Source: Chrysemys picta bellii (Eukaryota). From it: a stretch of 64,000 bases of DNA. The stretch's first letter is position 1; every line of letters starts with the position of its first letter. Under the pieces are notes generated by a model. The model saw only the letters and a program-made list of their open reading frames with translations, ran no database searches and had not been told where the DNA came from. The stretch lies in the NCBI RefSeq assembly GCF_011386835.1, contig NC_088802.1:1674001-1738000 (forward strand), written 5' to 3'. Made by a program: the position numbers and the translations under genes. This document shows, piece after piece, positions 1-10,400 of this stretch.

Positions 1-68
1 CCAAGACACAGCCTCAGGCCTGGCCCAGCCCCACGGCTGCCCCTCACAGCCCCCAGCCTGGACGTTCC

Positions 69-458
69 TGTGATGAACTGGGACTGTTCTTACTGTGGGC
101 TTTGAATGCTGACAGGGGAGTGTGGCTAGGATAGTCTGCATTGGGGGATGGGATCTGCCCGAAGGCGAATACCTGAGCGTGTAACATGAGAACCCAGGAA
201 GGGGTTGGAGGCCAGGTGACACCTTGGCCCGGGAAACTGAACAAAGGCGGTGGGAGGGGTCGCTGAAGGCAGAGTGCTGGAAGCGGGCTGGAGAGATGGC
301 TGGGAGGCAGAGATGGCTCTGACCCCCCAAAGGGGGGTGGGCTGGCATGCCCTGGGACCCCAAGATGGACCTAACTGAGGGGGTCCTGTTGTCTGTGCCT
401 GCAAGACCTGTCTTGCCTCGGGGGTGCAGGGCCTTGTGTCCCCCCACACTCCGTGACA
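69..458 (+). mobile_element. Gypsy-type solo LTR (family A) in C2 intron 12, ~70-bp internal deletion removing AATAAA
   Basis: TG...CA ends; TSD GTTCC/GCTCC; homologous to LTRs at 6957 and 10119. Confidence 0.9.
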
Positions 459-639
459 GCTCCTCCCTGGGACACAGGGCCAGCCCCTGCCCGCAGCTCT
501 AGGTGTCCCTCGGCAAAGCGAGAGGGGGCAGAGAAGGGAACGGATCCGATTCAGGGGCTGGTCCGTGCGCCTGGGCCCAGTCAGCTTGGCAAAGAGACAA
601 CCGAGGGGGCTGGAGAGCGGGACCCGGGGTGTGTATTCG

Positions 640-890
640 CCCCTTCCCGGAATGTAGGAGGCACACGAGGAAGTGACCAGGCAGCGGGCTCCAAACCCAC
701 ACTAGGCGTCGCCCAGCGTGCCGACAACCTGTGGAACTCACTGCCAGAGGATGCCGTAAGGCCAAAGCGGATGGGGCCGTGGGTGGCTACTAGCCGGGAT
801 GGGCAGGGACGCAGCCCTCGGACTGCCAGAGGCTGGGACTGGCCGGTGGGACGGCTCACTCGCCATCTGCCCTGCTCTGTTCCCCTTGTT
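640..890 (+). mobile_element. Degenerate CR1-type LINE 3-prime fragment (NLWNSLPED motif plus 3-prime tail); mirror ~48290-48540
   Basis: [11 protein letters not shown] resembles CR1 ORF2 C-terminus; tail aligns with fragment at 46497-46560. Confidence 0.6.
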
Positions 891-1377
891 GGCCCAGAGG
901 GCGGTTCTCCTGCCCGTCAGCGAGGCCCGGGCCAGCCGAGGTGCCAGGCTGGGCGTTCACAAGCCACTGGCCAGGGGCCGGGCAGGGATGCGGTGAGGGG
1001 AGCGAAGGGTTGGAGCTGAGGAAAGGGCCCGGGAGGCAACTCTGCCAGCTGGCACGTGCCAGGAAAGAGCCTAATGGTTAGAGCAGGGGGGCTGGGAGCC
1101 CGGACGCCTGGGTTCTCTCCCGGCTCTGGGAGGGGAGAGGGGGCTGGTGGGTTAGAGCGGGGGGAGGGGGGGAGCTGGGAGCCAGGACTCCTGGGTTCTC
1201 TCCCGGCTCTGGGAGGGGAGTGGGGGTTGATGGTTAGAACAGGGGGACTGGGAGCCAGGACTCCTGGGTTCTCTCCCCGACTCTGGGAGGGGAGAGGGGT
1301 CTAGTGGGTTGGAATGGGTGGGCTGGGAGCCAGGATTCCAGGGTTCCGAGGGACAAGTGCTGTCCGGGGTCCCTTAC

Positions 1378-1489
1378 CCACTTGCACTCTCCAGAGGGAC
1401 GTGTCTGTCACCTGGTTGAAGCAGTGTGCGGCCGTCAGGACCCACGAGTCAGAAACCAGGGACCCCCGGCACGAGGCGCCCGTTTTCCC
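1378..1489 (-). CDS. C2: C2 left exon 12 (catalytic His)
   Basis: 112 nt, [18 protein letters not shown]. Confidence 0.92.
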
Positions 1490-4400
1490 CTACGGACAGG
1501 GAGAGGGGCCAATGCAGGGAGGGGCCGTGGGAGGAGCACCCCCCCCAGCACTGCCAGGGGGCTCTGAACGGGACCCAGGTATCCAGGAAAGCGATCCCAG
1601 CCCCCGGGGAGGGAGGGAATGGGACAGTGGTTCCAGCTCCCCAGGGAAGGAGGGAACGGGACCCAGGTGTTTGGGACGGCGGTCCCAGCCCCCGGGGAGG
1701 GAGGGAACGGGACAGCGCCCCCCCAAGAGGGCTCAGCAGACAGACCCACCTTGATGACCACGTGCCAGGGGTTCCGCTGCTGGTGCGTGGCACTCTGCAA
1801 ATCATTCCCCAGCCCGCAGAGATCGTGGATGTTTTTGGTGTCTGTGCCATGCGGGGGGGGGAAGAGGGTTAGTCCTCGGGGTCACTGCTTGCCACGCCCC
1901 TCTGTGTGTCCCCCACACCCTAGGGTGACTGTCCTGGAAGACCCCCAAGCCCACATGGCCCCATAGTCCCAGCGGAGCCCTCCCCCAAACTGGTGCCCCA
2001 TGGGAAGAGACCCCCCCGCTGGCTCGGTTCCCTTCTGGGAGAGACGCCCCCACCCAGTTCCAGACATGGAGATGAGACGCCCCAGCCCTCCTCTTTGGCA
2101 GTTTGACTAGACAGCCTGCAAAGACGAGGCCCCTGTGCTGTGACAGGGGGACGCTGCGCCTGCTGTCGGCCTCAACGTACCCAGGACATCCTCGAACGCA
2201 GCCTTGAGATTCTGGCTGGAGTCCAACTTGAAGGCATGCCTCTCCCCTTCCTTCTTGGAAGCAATCTCATTAAGGCCACCCCAGTCCACCTCCTGCGTCC
2301 CAATCCCAAAGGCATAGATATCTAGGAGGCAAGTCAAGAAACTGCATGAGGGCACTGAGAATCTGAAGGGTTTGGAGCTGTTGTTGAGGCTGGAAGGTCA
2401 CTGGAGAGCCCTGTCCCTGGTAGTGTGGAGTCTACAACCAGCAGTGTGCCCAGAACCAATAATTAGGGCATTTTGGAACCCAGCAGTGCTTAGAAATGGT
2501 GTTGAGGCACCTAGAACCTGCGCTGATGCACCTAGAACAAATAGGGCAAATAGACCAGCAGCAAGGCACTAGGACTGGTACTGTGGTGCCTAGAATTGGC
2601 ACAGTGCCTAAAACCTATTACTAGGGCATAAGAACGGCCATACTTGGTCAGAGCAAAGGTCCATCTAGCCCAGTGTCCGGTCTTCTGACAGTGCCCAATG
2701 CCAGGTTCTTCAAAGGGAATGAACAGAAAAGGTAATCATCAAGTGAGCCATCCCCTGTTGCTCATTCCCAGCTTCTGACAGAGGACCTAGGACCATCTAG
2801 GACCTAATAATGCCTAGAATCAGTGTTGAGGTACCTAGAACCCAGAGTAGACGGAATCAGCTAGTGAGGAATAGGGTGCACAGAGGAACCTGGAAATTGT
2901 AGCATATAGATGCTAAAATTGAGTTATCATTATTCATACCTATAACTGGCACCTAGAATCAAGAACGCAGAAAACTTGGTAGCAAGATGAGCTACTAAAA
3001 AGTGTGGAACATCCCTCCCCCTGAACAAAGAAAAACGACCTTTTGGGTCAAAAAATTTCAGCGGGCAATGTTAAAACTGAAAAAATTGGCAAAAATTGAA
3101 AAATACCCAGAAACGTCTGAAGAAAATTCTTAATAAAAGCCTTTGTTGCTTTCATCAAAACTTTTTTGTGGGAAGAAAACTCATTTCATAGCCAGGTCTG
3201 GTCTTGGGAAAACAGAACAAGTGTAGTGGTACCTAGAACCAACGGTACAAATAACTTGGTGGTAAGCTACTGAGCTGCTTAGGATGGGTGTTGAAGCACC
3301 TAGAACCAGCAGTGGTAATATCTTCATAGAGGAGTACTATTGGGATACCCAGAAGAGATTAAATAACCTGTTAGGTAGCAGGACTAACACAGAGGGCATC
3401 CAGAATGTATGTAGACACATCTAGAACCAATGTTGCAAAGAACATGCTGCTGCCATGCCAACAGGTGATATTAAATCATCTAAAACCAACAGTACAAATA
3501 ACCTGTTGTGAAGGCACTGGGGTATACAGAGCTGATATAACACCAGGACAGAGTACACTTGGGCTTAAAGTGTCTGGTACCCCTGTTGAGGCATCTAAAG
3601 CCAAGAATATAAATAGAATACTGATGCGTCTAGAACTGGGAATTCCCAGATCCCTGAACTAGTTTTTAGGCACCTAGAACTCGTAACACCCAGATCCTGG
3701 CATTGCAGCGCCAAGGAAGATATTGACAAATCTAGAATGGGAAGTGCCAAGATCCTGGAACTGTAGCCACAGCCAAGTAATGAAGTGTTACGGGTTGGAT
3801 CACAGAAACCCCCTTGGGAGCGGTCACCCGATGTGCAAAGACTACCCCTGCTTCTGTTTTCCCTGCCAGCTCAGGACTCCAGCACCCTGTCTTGCTGAGC
3901 CAGACACTCCCGTCTGGCTCCAGACACAGACCCAGGGTCTGAATCACTTTCCCCAAAGCTGCAGGTTTACCTGAAAACAGCTCACAGAAGTGTGCTTGTC
4001 TTTAGCACTCGGATGCCCAACTCCCAGTGGGGTCTAAACCCAAATAAATCCGTTTTACCCTGTATAAAGCTTATGCAGGGCAAACTCATAAATTGTTCCC
4101 CCTCTATAACACTGATAGAGAGATATGCACAGCTGTTTGCTCCCTCAGGTATTAATACATACTCTGAGTAAATTACTAAATAAAAAGTGATTTTATTAAA
4201 TACGGACAGTAGGATTTAAGTGGTTCCAAGTAGTAACAGACAGAACAAAGTAAGTCACCAAGCAAAATAAAATAAAATACGCAAATCTATGCCTAATCAA
4301 ACTGAATACAGATAATCTCACCCTCAGAGATGCTTCAGTAAGCTTTTTCTCAGACTGGACACCTTCCAGGCCTGGGCACAATTCTTTCCCCTGGTACAGC

Positions 4401-7400
4401 TCTTGTTGCAGCTCAGGTGATAGCTAGGGGATTCCTCATGATGGCTCCTCTCCCCTTTGTGTTCTCTTCCACCCCTTTATATATCTTTTGCATAAGGCAG
4501 GAACCCTTTGTCCCTCTGGGTTTCCACCACCCCCCCTCACTAGAAAAGCACCAGGTTAAAGATGAATTCAGTTCAGGTGACATGATCACATGTCACTGAA
4601 AGACTTCATTGCTCACTTGCCAGCACACACATATACAGGGAGACTAATAGGTAAATACAGCCATCTGCAGACAATGGTCCTCGTTAATGGGAGTCATCAA
4701 GATTCCTAACCATCATTAATGGCCCACACTTCGCATAATTACAATAGGCCCTCAGAGTTACATTTTATATTTCTAGTTTTAGATACAAGAGTGGTACCTT
4801 TATACAAATGTGATGATCACACTCATTAGATTATAAGTTTTGTAATGATACCTTACAAGAGACCTTTTGCATGAATCATATTCCAGTTACATTATATTCA
4901 CTTATCATATTTTTATAAAACTATTCCAGTTACATTATATTCACTTCTTCTTATGTTTTTATAAAACCATACAGACTGCACAACGTCACATGAATCACCT
5001 AGAACCGGCATTAAGGCACCTAGAACAGGTAGATCACATCAATGAAGGACTGCAACTATCACTGGCATGTGGAATGGACCCAAGGGTGTTGGCAGACTCA
5101 CCTAGGTAGTCTTTCCTGTCTGGCTTGATCTCTAGGACCCCTTCTATCTTGTCTACTGCATCCTTGGGGGATTCGCCCATGTTGTATTTACCTGAAACAA
5201 CATCCTATGGGTTAGCAGATATGACCCATTCCCTGGCCCCAAGATAGGGGCCCTTTGACAAGGGGCTATGCAGTTGGGAAGCTTGACCTGCACCCACTGA
5301 GAGTGGGGATCAGATAACCCTTTTCCTGGCCCCCAAAGAATGGAACAGTCACTCCTCACCATCTGTCAGCACAATGATGGCATGCCGGATTTTCTTCCAC
5401 GCATCTGGCTTGCCCTGCCGGTCAAAGGACTGCTGCTGGAACAGAATCATGTTATACACCTCCAGCAGCGCCGCTCGGATGTTGGTTCCAGTCCCGTTGC
5501 CATGATCTGCAAAAGGATAAAATACCCCACATACCTAGAACTGGTGCTAAAGCACCTAGAGCCCAGGATATAGTGAAGCATCTGAAACCCATGTGGGGGA
5601 GCCTAGAGCCAGTAATGACAATAGCTAGAATAGATCTATCTAGAGCTGAATTCCAGAGGTGATGCGTGAGGGGGCATGTGGGATCACGTTCCTTCCTCCC
5701 CCCCAGATTTGCTGCTTGGCTTGGACAGAGCATGCTCACATGGACTGAGTATGCTCAGTAACACTGCTGAAGCCAGCTGCCCTTGCTCTGCCCCTTCCGC
5801 ATCAGCAGGCATGGGTCGTCTCTGCTGGTGTTGATGCATCTAAAGCCTTAAAGGAGGTGCGGCCATTGAGGCACCTAGAACCTATAATCCCCATGATGCA
5901 TGTTGAGGCATCTAGAACCAACAATGCCTGTGACTGGGGTTGAGGTGCCTAAAACCAATAGTGTCCACAAGTGATGCTAAATCATCAAGAACTGACAGTG
6001 CCCTGGACTAGTGTTGAGGCAACTAAAATTCTAGTGAGATTAAGGGCTGGTACTGAAGCACCTAGAACTTAACATTTCCTCCCACTCAATTTCACTCTGC
6101 ATTTTCCTTGGGTTGGGGAAATGAGTTCTCTTGAAGCACTAAATATATATATTTCCATCTGGGACTGTCTCTGTTTGCTCATATTGAATGCAATCAGGTC
6201 ACGATCACTGGTCTCTAGGCAACCACCAACTTGCAGTCCAGTGATCAATTCCTCTTTATCTGTCATAGTAAGATCCAAAATAGAGTTAGTTCATGGTGGG
6301 TGCGATAATTTCTGAGTTAGCAAGTTACATTCTATTATTTTTAGAAACCCTAATGATAGTTTATTACTGGCTTAACGAGACCACCACCGTCCATCTCCCA
6401 ATCTGAAAGCAGGTGTTGAGGCACCTAGAACCCAAGTAATATCCAGGGTCCTGAGGCACCTAATACAGGGTGTGAGTGGTATTGACAGCCCAAGACCCCC
6501 ATGCATTAGGGAGGCCCCGTGAAAAGGAAGCATGCAGGACCTTGAAAATTCATCCCCGTCTTTATCTTTCCGATAACCGCATCCGCGTCAGAAGCTTCGG
6601 GATCATAAATGGAAACGATTTTCTTGGGCTTGGTGGCGTAGGAGATCACAGCAAAGCTGGACGCTACTTCAAAGCTGGCAATCTGGAACGGGTGAGAGAT
6701 AGGGAGGGAGGAAGAGGAGAACAGCATATGAGAAAGAACAGGAAAGTGAGCTCTATCAATGAGAGACACCTAGACCCAGTGCTGAGGTGCCCAGAGCAGG
6801 TACTGAGGCACCTAAACCCAACACTGAGACACCTAGAATTTGCAGCACGTGTGGCTGGTATTGAAGAACCTAGAACCAAGGTGGCGATACCTAGAGCTTG
6901 CAATGTCTATAAGGTGTCATTGTAGGTAGAATCAGCATATGGGCACCTAGAGCTTGTGTGACGAACTGGGACTGTTCTTACTGTGGTCTTTGAATGCTGA
7001 CAGGGGAGTGTGGCTGGGATAGTCTGCATTGGGGGATGGGAGACGGCCCGAAGGAGAATACCTGAGCATGTAACATGAGAACCCAGGAAGGGGTTAGAGG
7101 CCAGGTGACACCTTTGCCCGGGAAACTGAACAAAGGCTGTGGGAGGGGTCGCTGAAGGGAGAGTTTCAGGAGCTGGCTGGTGACATGGCTGGGAGGCAGA
7201 CAGGGCTCTGACCTCCCAAGGGGGCTGTGGGGCTCTGGGACCCCAAGATGGACCTAACTGAGGGGATCCTGTTGTCTGTGCCTGCAAGACCTGTCTTGGA
7301 CTGTATTCCTGTTGTCTAAATAAACCTTCTGCTTTACTGGCTGGCTGAGAGTCAGGGTGAATCACAGGAAGCCGGGGGTGCAGGGCCCTGAGTCCCCCAC

Positions 7401-10400
7401 ACTCTGTGACAACCAGTGGCAGAGGTGGGATCTACTGCACCCCGTGGACAGCGCTTCCTGCAGTAAGTGACCAGGGAGCAGTAAAACGAAGGGGGATCAA
7501 CGGGGACCAGGTGGGCTGAAGAGTCAGAGAGAGACGGTTTCAGGGGGCGATTAACCCCTGGGAGTGTGTGACCAGAGAGAAGGACTGTTGCAGTAACAGG
7601 GTCTCCTGGGGGATCGCAGCGACTGGTCCCGGGGCGGCGGAGTCTGCAGCTCGACCCTGGCAGAGAGGGGGTGACCGAAGAAGGGCTGGCACACTAGGGG
7701 TCCCCCGGGAATGGTGGAAAGCAGAGAGCACAGGCCGGCGAGTGACCAGCCGGAGGATGGATGCTAAACGCCTTAAGAGCGACCTGGTGGAGCTGTGCGG
7801 GCAGAGGGGGCTGCGCATTGGGAGGTCCACCAAAGAACAGCTCATTGCCCGGCTGGAGGAGAGGGATCGCTTGGATGAACCAAGCCCTGTCCCAGAGGGA
7901 AGCCGCCCGGCGGATGCAGCGTGGGCCCCGGGGCCTGACCTGGCTGGGAGGGGTCAGACTGCTGCCGAGGACATCCCAAGACCCTGCCTACCTATACCTA
8001 GGGGAGGGGTTGGGGGAAGCCCAGCGAATACCGAGGGCACCCTGACCCCGGCAGCCAGCAGGGGATCGTCCCAGTGGAGCTCCCCGTCCCGGGAGCGGAT
8101 GCGACTGGAATATGACAGGGAGCTGAGACTGAAAGAGCTCGAGTTAAGGCAGCAAGAACTGAAGCAGGAGCGGGAAGAGAAGGAGAAACAACGTCAGCAT
8201 GAGCTGGAACTGGCCAGGCTGAGGAGCAGTGGGGCCCCAGCTGCGGTGAGTGAGGGGGGACCCAAGACTGCAAAGAGCTTTGATCAGTGCTTCCTGGCCC
8301 AGCGTAAGGAGGGGGAGGACATGGATACCTTCCTGATGGCCTTTGAGAATACCTGTGAGCTGCTCCAGGTTGACCCTGCAGACAGGCTCCAGTTTCTCAT
8401 CCCCTCACTGGACCCCACAGCCAGGGAGGTGTACAGCCGACTGAAAGGGGCGGAGACAGGGGACTACGAACTGTTCAAAAAGGCCCTGCTCCACGAGTTT
8501 GGGCTGACCCCTGAGACGTACCGGAAAAGGTTCCGGAGTCAGCGTAAAACCCGTGAGGTCACATACCTACAACTAGCCAACCGGGCGCAGGGGTATGCCC
8601 GCAAGTGGACAGCTGGGGCCCAAACTAAAGAGAACCAGCTTGACCTATTCGTACTGGAGCACGTGTATGAGCAGTGCCCATCCGACCTGAGGCGATGGTT
8701 GATGGACCAAAAACCAGAGAACCCGCAGCACGCAGGCCAGCTGGCCGACGAGTTTGTGAACAGTTGGGCAGGGGATAACAGGGAGAAGTCCCAAAGGAAC
8801 GGACCCGCCACAACGCAGAGAGAGAGTCACCATGGGACCTCCCAGCGAGGAAATATGGAGAACCCCCACCAAAGGGGAACATCCAGCATCAGGTCCATCC
8901 GACCCGCTCGAGGGGACCCACGGGACATGGGCTGCTATCACTGTGACCAGAAAGGCCACATACGGGCCCAGTGCCCCAGGCTCAGGGACAGACTGAGCGG
9001 AACCAACCCACAGAGGGTTGACTGGGTAGAGACCCAGCCGGGTGAAGGGCAGCATTCCCAGGAAAGGGGGGCTGGCAGAGTACCACCTGCTAAGGAGGGA
9101 GAAGAGCTCCAGGCCAGCTCCTCTGGGGGGCTGGATGCTCCAGACTCAGGGTTTTTGGTTTATACGGTGGGCGCGGGGCTGTCCCTCCGGAGAGAGTACC
9201 TTGTTCCCCTGGAGGTGGATGTGAGGAAGGTCAATGGATACTGGGATACGGGCGCAGAGGTCACGCTGGCCCGGCCCGAGGTGGTGGCCCCAGATCAGGT
9301 GGTGCCCAACACCTACCTGACCCTGATGGGGGTGAGTGGGACCCCAGTCAAAGTGCCCATGGCAAGGGTACACCTGAAGTGGGGGGCCAAGGAGGGCCCC
9401 AAGGACGTGGATGTACACCCGTATTTGCCCACTGAGGTGTTGATGGGGGGGAGACCTGGAGGGCTGGCCAAGTAACCCCCAGGGTGCCCTGGTCGTGACC
9501 CGTAGTCAGAGCCGGCGAGGGGCACTGCACCCAGGAGGCAGCTGGTGGTACCCCAGAAGTATCGCCGCCAGCTGCTGTGCCGGGCCCATGACATTCCCCT
9601 CTCAGGGCACCAGGGAACCTGGCGTACCCAGCAGAGGCTACGGAGCTTTTACTGGCCTGGGGTCTTTGTTACTGTCCGACAGTACTGCGGATCCTGTGAC
9701 CCCTGTCAGAGGGGGAGGAAGGCCCGGGACAAGGGGAAAACGGCTTTAGGACCCTTGCCCAGCATAGAGGATCCTTTCCGGAGGGTGGCCAAGGTTAAAA
9801 GGGCGGCTCTAAACCAAGAGAGCCCAAAGCACAGACCTCCAGACTGGAGCACTGGGAGAAGACCACAGCCCAGTTGGAGCCCCAGAAGTATTGGGGTGGG
9901 AAAAGGGCACAGGCCGCATAAACCTTCCCACATGCAAACTGCGAGTGCCATCGAGCAACCCCGACCTAAGGGGGGGCGTGAAACTGGAGGGGCCTGGTGT
10001 AATTCTCACCAAGGAATGGGAGGGATGCGGGGGCATCCATGGGAACGGGGGTAGGTTCGAACTTCCCCGGGTCACTGGCTGAAGTGACCCCGCTCAGTTC
10101 GGTCTCGAAGGGGGGAGATGTGACGAACTGGGACTGTTCTTACTGTGGTCTGTGAATGCTGACAGGGGAGTGTGGCTAGGATGGTCTGCTTTGGGGGATG
10201 GGAGTCTGCCCGAAGGCGAATACCTGAGCGTGTAACATGAGAACCCAGGAAGGGGTTGGAGGCCAGGTGACACCTTGGCCCGGGAAACTGAACAAAGGCT
10301 GTGGGAGGGGTCGCTGAAGGGAGAGTTTCAGGAGCTGGCTGATGACATGGCTGGGAGGCAGACAGGGCTCTGACCTCCCAATGGGGCTGGGGTGCCCTGG

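Noticed and set aside
3010-3230. A/T-run-rich segment in intron 9 as a DNA transposon
   Set aside because: Could not define terminal inverted repeats or a TSD
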